Source of the DNA: Candidatus Hydrogenedentota bacterium
GTDB lineage: Bacteria; Hydrogenedentota; Hydrogenedentia; Hydrogenedentales; JAEUWI01
Assembly: GCA_034669905.1 (NCBI GenBank)
Contig: JAXMOL010000008.1
Span: forward strand, 96,001-160,000
DNA: 64,000 nt
Direction: 5' to 3'
Position numbers and translations under genes: made by a program. The notes beneath the pieces are model-generated. The model ran no database searches. It was given only the letters and a program-made list of their open reading frames with translations, and was not told the DNA's origin. How positions within the stretch are numbered: the stretch's first letter is position 1; the number at the start of each line of letters is the position of its first letter. Below, piece by piece: positions 9,463 through 18,652 of this stretch.

Positions 9463-10901
9463 ATCGACACAGTGCCGATATGACCTTTTACACCCAGGGG
9501 GGCCGTATTGCCTTTCGCCTCCTCCGCCAACTCGCCGAAGAGGGGATGGTCCATGGGGAAGGTACCCTCGCGCTTGGCAGCCGTCAGGAAATCATTTTGC
9601 CGCAGATCGGCCTGGACTCCCAGGACTATATGCGGGATATTGTGGGTGCACGCCTTTCGGAATTTCACCCCAAGCGCCCCAATATGGTGACGACACGGTC
9701 CGTGGCCCCCCGCTCCCAGCGCACCGCGTGGCTGGGCGAAGGCAGCTACGATGCCATCTTACAGGGCTTCCAAAGTAACCCGGCGATTGCCGTAGACATT
9801 GTAGACCCATTGCAGCATAGCGTACCCCTTTTCACCGGGCAGGCCCATTTTGTGGCCACCCCCGAGCCCGACTACTGGCAACTCTATCTCAATGTCATCC
9901 CGGAAGGCGATCGTATTGAGCTCACGCAGGCCATCCACAGCGACGACATCGCGGCCGTGACGGGATTGGTTCATCAGCATTTTCTCGCCTACGGGACACT
10001 CGATCCGACGCCGCTCCAGGAAGCGATCGAAGCGTTGGCGGGCAATCGATTGCGAAGTCTGGGCACTATGGTGCTCCATCACAACACCCGAATTCGCCCC
10101 ATCGTCGGCTTTAAACGGGATCCCCAGAGTGACCGTTTCAGCCTGGGGATTCCCGTGCAACGATACCCCTTGCCCGGTGCGTTCCTCATCGACCTTTCCC
10201 TGCTCGCCGACCGCTGCGGCATCACGACCGCCCACCTGAGCCCGTGGAAGAGCCTCTTAATACACGGCATACCCCCAAGCGAACGCGTGTCGTTTGAAAA
10301 GATCCTCCTCCGGCATCGAATCAACCTCAATCCGGGTGCCTGGGATCATGTCACCCTTAACGGGTGGCGCTCCCCCAAGCTGGTGCAGTGTGCCCACGAA
10401 CTGATCGGCGCCCTCAACCAGCACGCGCCCCATGCGGCTGATCTGACCCTCGCGTTGGTTGACGATGTCATGACCCTGCCCGATACCCCCATCGTCATTC
10501 GCGCCAAACGGAGCACCCACCCCCTGTCACGCTTTCAGCGTGCCCCCCGCTTTTCTATTTTCGCACGGGACCGCTTTGAGCACGGTAATCCAACCCTGGT
10601 TCCCCATGGTCGGGAACTCCGCTTCAAGGCGCTGCTGGAAACCCTCTTGGACCTGGTCGAAGGCTATGGGGCGACCGAAAAACAGGCGGTGACCAAGGCG
10701 GTTCCGAAAACCCGGAGCGCGCCGCCGCTGAATGCCCATCGGTGCACTGAATGTGGCACCGAGTATAGCGCCTTGTATGGGGACCCCCTGGGAGGTATCG
10801 ACGTGGGTACGCCCTTCGACGAACTGCCCGCCGACTGGTCTTGTCCGACCTGTGAGGCCCCCCTCGACCGCTATGAGCACGTGCGGGGCACCGCCGCATA
10901 G
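9459..10901 (+). CDS. Rubredoxin-domain protein associated with nitrate reductase
   Basis: ATGA overlap with the nitrate reductase stop. C-terminal rubredoxin CTECGTEY...GTPFDELPADWSCPTC. The ~420-aa N-terminal region has no motif I can assign. Confidence 0.8.
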   Translation: MNRHSADMTFYTQGGRIAFRLLRQLAEEGMVHGEGTLALGSRQEIILPQIGLDSQDYMRDIVGARLSEFHPKRPNMVTTRSVAPRSQRTAWLGEGSYDAILQGFQSNPAIAVDIVDPLQHSVPLFTGQAHFVATPEPDYWQLYLNVIPEGDRIELTQAIHSDDIAAVTGLVHQHFLAYGTLDPTPLQEAIEALAGNRLRSLGTMVLHHNTRIRPIVGFKRDPQSDRFSLGIPVQRYPLPGAFLIDLSLLADRCGITTAHLSPWKSLLIHGIPPSERVSFEKILLRHRINLNPGAWDHVTLNGWRSPKLVQCAHELIGALNQHAPHAADLTLALVDDVMTLPDTPIVIRAKRSTHPLSRFQRAPRFSIFARDRFEHGNPTLVPHGRELRFKALLETLLDLVEGYGATEKQAVTKAVPKTRSAPPLNAHRCTECGTEYSALYGDPLGGIDVGTPFDELPADWSCPTCEAPLDRYEHVRGTAA

Positions 10902-10930
10902 GCGATTCGGGTGGGGCTCCCGCGGTCGCC

Positions 10931-11374
10931 CTAGTCGGTCACCACGCCCGTTTGAACCGACGCGGCCGAGTAATCCTCTGCGGGGATGGGTGCTCCCGCG
11001 AGCCCGCACAACATGGCGAGCTGACCCACGTGGGTCAGCACATCCGACAGGGGCCCTTGAATCAGGCGCTTTGAAGATTCCATCGAGAATTCCTTCTCCG
11101 CTAACACGCCATCGAGGAGCCCCAGTTCCTCCGTAAACCGGGCCAATTCTTCGTCCCAGGGCCGGGCATCCCAATCGGTTGAATCGGAGCGTTCTTCCGC
11201 CAGAAAAACCCGGGTGGCTCGGATAACGTGGGCCATGTGGTTAACGATGGCTTGGGGATTACGTGTCTTCAGCCCCACCGTGAAGGTACCGAAGAGAGGT
11301 GGGGCGTGATCGCAGACCTTCTCGAGGCGGTAGGCTGTTGTGGCCACCATATGGCGCAAGAGTGGATTGTTCAT
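10931..11374 (-). CDS. DinB/YfiT-like four-helix protein
   Basis: Motifs NPQAIVNHM and DVLTHVGQLAML. Start taken at ATG 11374, just downstream of the sulfatase stop. Confidence 0.7.
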   Translation of the reverse strand: MNNPLLRHMVATTAYRLEKVCDHAPPLFGTFTVGLKTRNPQAIVNHMAHVIRATRVFLAEERSDSTDWDARPWDEELARFTEELGLLDGVLAEKEFSMESSKRLIQGPLSDVLTHVGQLAMLCGLAGAPIPAEDYSAASVQTGVVTD

Positions 11375-11390
11375 GACCTGCTCCCGTCGT

Positions 11391-12839
11391 TCATTGCTTT
11401 GCTTCGGCAAGCAAGGCCTTCAGCGCCACGACCTTCTCGGGCGCCTCCTGCCACAAATTCTTCGCTTCGCCTACATCACGGTCGAGATGGTAGAGTTGCA
11501 CCGGCGGCGCACCCGGACCGGGTTTCGCTTTGCCATTGCTGCTCCAGCCGCCACTCCCAGCGCTGTCGATAAATTTCCACGGGCCCTGACGCAAGGCGAA
11601 CACCCCGTTGATGGAGTGATGGATGGTGTGCTCTCGCAAGGGCTTTTCGAGCGTGTCGCCACGCAGCGCAGGCCACATGCTCACGCTGTCTTCGCCCGCA
11701 CCGGCGGGCAACGGCGAACCGGTGATGTCCGCCACGGTAGCGAGTAGATCCGGCAGGGTGGTCGTCTCCTTCGAGATGACGCCCGCCTTTACCTGGCCCG
11801 GCCAACGGACGAAGAAGGGCACGCGGTGTCCCCCTTCCCAGACATCGGACTTGCGCCCCCGGAAATGGTAGTTGGGACGGTGGTTAAAGGCCTTGACCAT
11901 TTTGCCGGTGGGCTCGGTGGAGCCGTTGTCGCTGGTCATGATGACGAGGGTGTTCTCTGCCATTCCCAGGTCGTCGAGGGTCTTTAAGACCTGGCCCACG
12001 GTGTCATCGACCTGGGCTGTGAAGTCGCCATAGTCCCCCGCCTCACTCCAGCCTTTCACAAAAGGGGCGGGCACCACGGGGGTATGGGGCGCGGTCAGGG
12101 GAAAATAAAGGAAGAAGGGTTTTCCTTCTCCAGATTCTTTATGCTCTTTCAAATAGGCCACGGCCCGATCGGTGAATTCGGGCATCACATCGACAGCTTT
12201 GAAGCCATCGGCCGTAAGACCGGAACGAAAGGTGGTGGGCAAGACCTCCGTGGGCACGGCAGTGGCCCGGTCGTTTTCGATATAAACATAGGGCGGCATA
12301 TCGAGGGAGGCGGAGATACCATAGAAGTAATCGAAACCGAGATCGTTGGGACCATGGGTCAAGGGCTTATCAAAGGCCACGTTTTCCCCCGTCAGTTTCG
12401 CATCATCGTTGAGCGGCGAGCCATCCTTCGTCTGCCAGCCCAGACCCAGATGCCACTTTCCGATACAGGCGGTTGTATAACCCTGGTCTTTCAGGAACTG
12501 GGGCACCGTTAACTCCCCCTGATCGATGAGGCCCGGGGAGTAGCCCCAGAGCACGCCGTTTTTCAAGCGCGTGCGCCACGCGTAGCGTCCCGTCAACAGG
12601 CCGTAGCGCGTGGGTGTGCAGACGGCGGAGGGCGAATGGGCATCGGTGAAGGTCATGCCTTCGGCCGCGAGGCGATCCATGTGGGGCGTGGGGATCTTGG
12701 ACTCGGGGTTGAGGCAGCGCACGTCGCCATAGCCCAGGTCATCGGCGAGGATGTAGATGATGTTGGGTTTTTCCTGGGCGACTGCCGATAGTGTGACAAA
12801 GACACTTGCCAGTAGCAGCATCGTTCGGAGTGAATACAT
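11391..12839 (-). CDS. Arylsulfatase (Cys-type), secreted
   Basis: Signal peptide, PNIIYILADDLG, CTPTR-LLTGR, GKWHLG, SDNG and WEGGHRVP. Confidence 0.93.
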   Translation of the reverse strand: MYSLRTMLLLASVFVTLSAVAQEKPNIIYILADDLGYGDVRCLNPESKIPTPHMDRLAAEGMTFTDAHSPSAVCTPTRYGLLTGRYAWRTRLKNGVLWGYSPGLIDQGELTVPQFLKDQGYTTACIGKWHLGLGWQTKDGSPLNDDAKLTGENVAFDKPLTHGPNDLGFDYFYGISASLDMPPYVYIENDRATAVPTEVLPTTFRSGLTADGFKAVDVMPEFTDRAVAYLKEHKESGEGKPFFLYFPLTAPHTPVVPAPFVKGWSEAGDYGDFTAQVDDTVGQVLKTLDDLGMAENTLVIMTSDNGSTEPTGKMVKAFNHRPNYHFRGRKSDVWEGGHRVPFFVRWPGQVKAGVISKETTTLPDLLATVADITGSPLPAGAGEDSVSMWPALRGDTLEKPLREHTIHHSINGVFALRQGPWKFIDSAGSGGWSSNGKAKPGPGAPPVQLYHLDRDVGEAKNLWQEAPEKVVALKALLAEAKQ

Positions 12840-12865
12840 AGGTGACCTTTCAATTACGGAATTCG

Positions 12866-13159
12866 CTCGTTACTACGGTCCTCCGTAGTAACGCATACCC
12901 TTACGCTCCCGCGTAAGATACCCAGCGAAAGCGCTCTGTGTCTAGCAAATCACACGAAGCAATTCGGTATTTCCTCGGACCCGTGTAGACCTTATGCCGG
13001 GGGACCGGCATGCTATGCATTACCACGGAGGACCGTGGTAACGAGAAGAGAACCCACCCCCGGCCCCTCCCAGGAGGGGAGTACTATCTGTAATCCTTCG
13101 AGGCGCTCGCGAGATACGTAATGACCCCACTGAACAATCCAGACCACTAGAAAACTGGA
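12866..13159. repeat. REPIN/BIME-like palindromic unit, tandem copy 1 (294-bp period)
   Basis: A 180-bp element (12866-13045) is bounded by inverted hairpin REPs (CTCGTTACTACGG-TCCT-CCGTAGTAAC... and ...TTACCACGG-AGGA-CCGTGGTAACGAG). It is followed by CCCCTCC-CA-GGAGGGG. Confidence 0.9.
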
Positions 13160-13446
13160 CTCGTTACTACGGTCCTCCGTAGTAACGCATACCCTTACGC
13201 TCCCGCGTAAGATACCTAGCGAAAGCGCTCCGTGTCTAGCAACTCTCACGAAGTAATTCGTTATTTCCTCGGACCCGTGTAGACCTTATGCCGGGGGACC
13301 GGCATGGTATGCATGACCACGGGGGACCGTGGTAACGAGAAGAGAACCCACCCCCGGCCCCTCCCAGGAGGGGAGTACTATCGGCCACTTTTCGAGCCGC
13401 TCGTGGGATACACCATGGCTCCTATGAATCATTCAGACTACTAGAA
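13160..13446. repeat. REPIN/BIME-like palindromic unit, tandem copy 2
   Basis: By hand alignment, 13160-13382 differs from 12866-13088 at 9 of 223 positions. The tail runs into the sulfatase stop at 13441. Confidence 0.9.
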
Positions 13447-15303
13447 TATCGTCGGCCGTTCCAACACCACGGACTTCAGATCCATCACCGTTTCACCCGG
13501 CTTAGTTAAGGCACGCACCGTCAGCCGTGTCGTGCCTTCGGGAATCGCCAAGGTGCCCACCGAAAGGGACTTCCACTCCTTTTCATACACTTCGATGCGC
13601 TTCACGCGGTCCGGACTCGGCAGGAACGCGGGATCGTGGGCCGCGGTGATCACGCCCTGTACGGACACATCCCCCACGGACACTTCGAATTCCGCTCCGA
13701 CGTTAGCCGGCGCGCAAACGTAGTTCAGGGTTACGGCGTAGTTTCCGGCGCGTACATTGTGAATATCCCAATAGACGTAGGCCTCCGTGTCGCTCCAATC
13801 GGTAAACCAATCGTTGGCCCACCCGGCGCGCACGGCGTATTTCACGTTTCCGACCGGTTTACCTTCCGGGGCCAGCAGCTCCACGATGGGCCGCTCGGCG
13901 TAGCCCACCGGAATGGGCAAGGGTTCCGGAGTCAGGTCCGCGCTCACGTCGGCATACCACGCGTCATAGCGGGCCTTGAGGGCATCGAAGACCAGGGGCT
14001 TCAGTGACGCGATGTCCACGGTCTCGCCGGGGTCCACACGGAGGTCATAAAGGGAGGCCTGTTCCCCCTGCAGGGTCAGCCGATAGTCCGCCGTGCGCAG
14101 TGCCGCGCGGGCACGCCAGTGGGAGAAAACATCCCGCTCGGTCCATGCGCGGGCCGGGTCTTCGATGAGGGGACGCAGATTCCGGCCGTCGAGTTGAACC
14201 CCGTCGGGTGTTCCAAGCCCGGCATAGGCCAGCAGGGTCGGCATCAGGTCGATATGCTGGGTCAAGGCCTCCACGACCTGGCCACGGGGAATCATGCCCG
14301 GGCCATTCATGAGGAGCATGTTGCGCACGCCCCCTTCGTGGACGGTTCCCTTGTGGCCCCGGAGGCCGCCCACATAGCGTTTGGAGTTGGGGCCATTGTC
14401 GCCGAGGTAGAGGATGAGGGTGTTGTCGCGCAGGCCCAACGTTTCCAGGGTCTCGACCATGCGCCCTACGTTGTCGTCGAGATTCTCACACATGCCATAG
14501 ACGCAGGCGAGGGTATCGTCCAGCCCCAGGGCCTTGTACTTATCGAAGTATTTGTCAGGCACCTGGAAAGGCGAATGGGGCGTGTTGTAGGGCACATAAC
14601 AAAGAAAGGGCTTATCCTGATTGGTCGTCATGAATGCGATGGCCTGGTCGGTCACCACGTCGTTGATGTATCCCGCCACCTGCACCCGCTGCCCATTGTG
14701 TTCGTAATGGGTGTCGAAGTAGTTGTTCCAGTGTCCCGCGCTGAACCCGAAGAATTCCTCGAATCCCTGTCCATTGGGGTCGTGGGGGAAGTGGCCGCCG
14801 TTGTGCCACTTACCAAAACAGCCCGTCGCGTATCCCGCTGCTTTGAGCGTTTCGGCGAGGGTGACCTCTTCGGCCCGCATGACTTCCCGCCCGTCGGTGA
14901 CACCCGTCACGTTGGTGCGCAGGTGGTGCCGCCCGGTCAGGAGGCTTGCCCGCGTGGGGGCACAAACAGGGCTCACGTAAAAGTGTTGGAAGCGCGTGCC
15001 GCTTTGGGCCAGGGCATCAAGGTTAGGGGTCTGGATAACGTCGTTTCCATGGACGCCCAAGTCGCCCCATCCCTGGTCGTCGGTGAGAATGAGGAGGATG
15101 TTGGGCGGCGCGGCGTGGGTGCTTGAAGCAACACCAACGAGAAATACGAAGAGAAGCCATGCCAACGGTCGGGTGCCACGGAAAAGGAGCGACAGCGCCT
15201 TGCCCGTGTGGGGTCTAAGCCGCTCTGAGAAGGGCACCGACTTCGGAAAGCATCTGCACGGGCAAACCCTGCCCGGCCTGCCCGTGGTACCCGAAGTATA
15301 CAT
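13441..15303 (-). CDS. Arylsulfatase (Cys-type) with C-terminal beta-sandwich extension; start uncertain
   Basis: PNILLILTDDQG, CAPTR-LLTGR, GKWHNG and HEGGVR. A hydrophobic signal segment LAWLLFVFLVGVASSTHA precedes the catalytic domain. Candidate ATGs are at 15327 and 15303. Confidence 0.9.
   Translation of the reverse strand: MYTSGTTGRPGRVCPCRCFPKSVPFSERLRPHTGKALSLLFRGTRPLAWLLFVFLVGVASSTHAAPPNILLILTDDQGWGDLGVHGNDVIQTPNLDALAQSGTRFQHFYVSPVCAPTRASLLTGRHHLRTNVTGVTDGREVMRAEEVTLAETLKAAGYATGCFGKWHNGGHFPHDPNGQGFEEFFGFSAGHWNNYFDTHYEHNGQRVQVAGYINDVVTDQAIAFMTTNQDKPFLCYVPYNTPHSPFQVPDKYFDKYKALGLDDTLACVYGMCENLDDNVGRMVETLETLGLRDNTLILYLGDNGPNSKRYVGGLRGHKGTVHEGGVRNMLLMNGPGMIPRGQVVEALTQHIDLMPTLLAYAGLGTPDGVQLDGRNLRPLIEDPARAWTERDVFSHWRARAALRTADYRLTLQGEQASLYDLRVDPGETVDIASLKPLVFDALKARYDAWYADVSADLTPEPLPIPVGYAERPIVELLAPEGKPVGNVKYAVRAGWANDWFTDWSDTEAYVYWDIHNVRAGNYAVTLNYVCAPANVGAEFEVSVGDVSVQGVITAAHDPAFLPSPDRVKRIEVYEKEWKSLSVGTLAIPEGTTRLTVRALTKPGETVMDLKSVVLERPTIF
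15169..15294. repeat. REPIN-like inverted doublet (GGGTGCCAC family) inside the sulfatase 5' coding region
   Basis: Inverted ends TCGGGTGCCACGG...CCGTGGTACCCGA. Both arms align with the intergenic copy at 50180-50294. Confidence 0.7.
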
Positions 15304-15329
15304 GTTTCTAGCGAAGACGAGTTCCATAT

Positions 15330-16793
15330 CTATGATGCGCCACCCTTTCCCAGGAGACGTTTCTCCCAGTAGGCGACGTGCTCCTCCGGCGTGGAATCCA
15401 GCGTGAGACCACGGGTCTTCAGGACCTTTTCGTGCCGTCCCCGGGCCTCGTCCATCCAGTAGTCGGTAATCTCTTTGGACTCGGGCACCGCACCTTTGTC
15501 CCCCGTCTTTTCAATCCAGTCGATCAGGTGCTTTCGCAATGCTGCGAGGGTATCGGCGTAGGCCCCATCACCCGCGATATTCTTCACTTCGTGGGGGTCG
15601 GCCTGTAAATCGTAGAGCTCTTCCTCGGGCCGCGTCGCCGCCATGAAGGGCTTCTGCGCGTCGGTGAGTTTGCCCTCGGCCTGCCACTGCTCCAGCACGG
15701 ACACGGCCGGGTATTGCTTTTTCTTGTAGGCGTTAAATTGAAGGTAGGCCCGCTCGGGGTAGAAGTTCTTGATGAATTTGAAGCGCTTGGTGCGCACACA
15801 ACGAATGCGGTCCACCGTCTCATCACATCGGTCCCGGGCACAGACCACGAATTCCCGCGGCGTTTCGCTTTCGATGGACTGTCCCTCGAGGTGCTTTGGG
15901 GGGCTAATACCCGCCCACTTCATCATAGTGGGGGCCACATCAATGAGCGAGACCAGGTCGTCAGATACGGTGCCTGCACTGGCCCCATCCGGTTTCCGCA
16001 CTATCATGGGGACCCGAATCCCCCCTTCGTAGAGCCACTGCTTCCCCCGCACATGGGGACGTCCATGGTCACCGTGATACAAGACAATGGTGTTGTCTGC
16101 CAGGCCGTCGTCTTCCAGGCGCTTCAACAGGGCGCCAACCTGGGTGTCGAGGACCTGTAAGGACTCCAGGTAATCGGCCCAGTCGCGCCGTAGCAAGGGC
16201 GTGTCGGGGTAGTAGGGCGGCAGGTCGACCTTCGCCGGGTCAATGGGGCGCTCGGAGTCCCGCTTGAAATCCCGGTGCGTCAGGGAAAAGTTATATTGGG
16301 CCAGGAAGGGCTGCCCGGCTTTCCGCTGTCGCCAGTCCGTGCCGTCGAAGGGCTTTTCGTCGGGCGTAAAATTCCAGTCCGTCTTGCCGCCCCGTTCCCA
16401 GTCGGTGCCCCGGCCATTCGTCACGAAATAGCCCGCATCCCGAAAATAGGAGGTAATCACCTTCACCGGTTCGGGCAGGCGGTAATTGTCGTCCCGGTGG
16501 CTTCGGTGATTGTGGACACCGATACTGGTCTGATACATGCCGGTCATCATGGCGGAGCGGGCGGGTGAACAGACGGGGCACGAGGCGAAGGCAGCGTCAT
16601 AACGGATGCCCTGCGCCGCGAGCCGGTCGAGGTGCGGCGTTTGCACCAGCGCATTGCCATAGCACCCGATGTCGGGCGAGATATCTTCCGAGATAATCCA
16701 AAGGATATTAGGACGTGGGGCCGCGTTGGCGTGTCGGCCCACCGCGAAGGCCAGGGCACCTGCACTGGCCGCCAGAAAGCTTCTTCTTCTCAT
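15330..16793 (-). CDS. Sulfatase (Cys-type), Tat-exported
   Basis: MRRRSFLAASAG twin-arginine signal, PNILWIISED, CSPAR-MMTG and GDHG...LYEGGIRVP. Confidence 0.92.
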   Translation of the reverse strand: MRRRSFLAASAGALAFAVGRHANAAPRPNILWIISEDISPDIGCYGNALVQTPHLDRLAAQGIRYDAAFASCPVCSPARSAMMTGMYQTSIGVHNHRSHRDDNYRLPEPVKVITSYFRDAGYFVTNGRGTDWERGGKTDWNFTPDEKPFDGTDWRQRKAGQPFLAQYNFSLTHRDFKRDSERPIDPAKVDLPPYYPDTPLLRRDWADYLESLQVLDTQVGALLKRLEDDGLADNTIVLYHGDHGRPHVRGKQWLYEGGIRVPMIVRKPDGASAGTVSDDLVSLIDVAPTMMKWAGISPPKHLEGQSIESETPREFVVCARDRCDETVDRIRCVRTKRFKFIKNFYPERAYLQFNAYKKKQYPAVSVLEQWQAEGKLTDAQKPFMAATRPEEELYDLQADPHEVKNIAGDGAYADTLAALRKHLIDWIEKTGDKGAVPESKEITDYWMDEARGRHEKVLKTRGLTLDSTPEEHVAYWEKRLLGKGGAS

Positions 16794-16990
16794 GGGTTGC
16801 TCCCGTACGTGTTGGCGTGAAGGTCTACTATAGCGATGTGCGATCGGGTTCTCAACCGGGTCAATGTTGATGGAATTCCGCTTTCGACGCCTACTAAAAG
16901 TCCCTTCACCCACAAAGCCGTTCGTTCCTCACGGCTGTGTAGGTGGCACCCTTGGAGCGGATCAAAAGGTCTCTCGTAGCCAGAAAGAAA

Positions 16991-17123
16991 CCTATTCGTG
17001 CCGCGCGATCCGGTACTCCGGTTCGTGCGCCGTTGCAGAAGAAAAACCCATCATCCACCAAGGCGACTATTCGCGCCCCAAGCGCACGAACCCTCGTACC
17101 TCGGGTTCGCGCGGCACGATAGG
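16991..17123. repeat. REPIN-like inverted doublet
   Basis: CCTATTCGTGCCGCGCGA...GGTTCGTGCGC and GCGCACGAACC...TCGCGCGGCACGATAGG form inverted arms, each with an internal hairpin. A solo ...GGTGGCACCC hairpin lies at 16911-16951. Confidence 0.7.
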
Positions 17124-17205
17124 CGACCTGTATCACCTTGCACCGCCCACGGTTCCTCGACAATACTCAGGGGTACCCAACGCAAACAAACCGGAAAGAC
17201 TATTC

Positions 17206-18627
17206 ATGATTCGACCTTTCGCTATCGCCCTGGCCGCCCTGCTGCTCCATAGCACCCAGGCGGCAGAGCAGCCCAATATTCTCTTTCTCTTCGCCGATGA
17301 CATGACCTATGAAGCGGTCCGCGCATTGGGCAACGAGGAAATCGAGACCCCCAACCTGGATCGGCTTGTGGCACAAGGCACCAGCTTTAGCCATGCCTAC
17401 AACCAGGGCGGCTGGCACGGCGCGGTCTGTGTGGCCAGCCGGACCATGCTGAATACAGGACGCTTCCTCTGGCACGCCCGGGACCGAGAGGATCATCTGA
17501 AAGAGGAGACGGGCAATCGCCAGTTCTGGTCGCAACTTCTCCACGATGGCGGCTATGACACCTACATGTCGGGCAAGTGGCATGTGAAGGGCATTGATCC
17601 CGTCGATATCTTCGACCACGTCCGCCATGTGCGCGGCGGGATGCCCCGGGACAACTATGGCACGACCAAGGTGGGCTACAACCGCCCGCTTGAAGGCCAG
17701 CCCGATACCTGGAAACCGTGGGACACGACGCAGGGGGGCTTCTGGGCCGGAGGTAAACACTGGAGTGAAGTACTCGGTGATGACGGCGTGGATTTCCTGG
17801 GCCAGGCCGCTACGTCGGACAAGCCTTTTTTCATGTACCTCGCGTTCAATGCGCCGCACGACCCACGGCAGTCGCCCAAAGAATTCGTGGACCGCTATCC
17901 CCTTGATGGGATTGCGGTACCCGAGGATTTCATTCCCCGCCATCCCCATGATAAGGCCATGGGCTGCGGTCCCGGACTCCGTGACGAAGACCTCGCCCCC
18001 TTCCCCCGTACCCCTTACGCCGTGAAAGTGCACCGCCAGGAATACTACGCCATCATCACCCACATGGATGTCCAGATTGGCCGCGTCCTCGATGCCTTGG
18101 AAAGCACGGGCCAGGCGAAAAATACCCGCATCATTTTCACGGCGGACCATGGCCTTGCTGCCGGGCACCACGGCCTGTTGGGCAAACAGAATATGTATGA
18201 CCACAGCGTGCGGGTGCCCCTCATCCTCGCGGGTCCGGGCATTGCGGCAGGAAAGCAGATTGACGCGCCCGTGTATTTGCAGGACGTCATGCCGACGACC
18301 CTGGAGTGGGCCCGTGTTGACCAACCCGAACAGGTGGCATTCAAGAGTCTGACCCCGTTGCTTCGGGGTGAGCGCACGGCTTCCTATGACGCCATTTACG
18401 GGGCCTACATGATGCGCCAGCGCATGGTCACGCAGGGCGACTTCAAATTGCTGTACTACCCCAAAACAGCCACCACCCTGCTTTTCAATTTGAAGGCGGA
18501 TCCCCTGGAAACGAACGACCTTTCCGACCAAGAGCAATATGCGGCACAAAAGAAAACCCTGTGGACGGCTCTGCGCAATCTACAGGGCACGATGGGCGAC
18601 CCGTTGGAACTCCCCAAACTCCCCTGA
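17206..18627 (+). CDS. Sulfatase (choline-sulfatase-like, CxAxR motif), secreted
   Basis: Signal peptide MIRPFAIALAALLL, PNILFLFADD, CVASR-LNTGR, GKWH, APHDP and ADHG...GKQNMYDHSVRVP. Confidence 0.9.
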   Translation: MIRPFAIALAALLLHSTQAAEQPNILFLFADDMTYEAVRALGNEEIETPNLDRLVAQGTSFSHAYNQGGWHGAVCVASRTMLNTGRFLWHARDREDHLKEETGNRQFWSQLLHDGGYDTYMSGKWHVKGIDPVDIFDHVRHVRGGMPRDNYGTTKVGYNRPLEGQPDTWKPWDTTQGGFWAGGKHWSEVLGDDGVDFLGQAATSDKPFFMYLAFNAPHDPRQSPKEFVDRYPLDGIAVPEDFIPRHPHDKAMGCGPGLRDEDLAPFPRTPYAVKVHRQEYYAIITHMDVQIGRVLDALESTGQAKNTRIIFTADHGLAAGHHGLLGKQNMYDHSVRVPLILAGPGIAAGKQIDAPVYLQDVMPTTLEWARVDQPEQVAFKSLTPLLRGERTASYDAIYGAYMMRQRMVTQGDFKLLYYPKTATTLLFNLKADPLETNDLSDQEQYAAQKKTLWTALRNLQGTMGDPLELPKLP

Positions 18628-18652
18628 CCCTCCCCCAGAAAGGAAACGCCCC

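Noticed and set aside
12866..13446. Possible CRISPR array or autonomous IS
   Set aside because: Only two long units with conserved interiors, no unique spacers, no cas genes and no transposase ORF.
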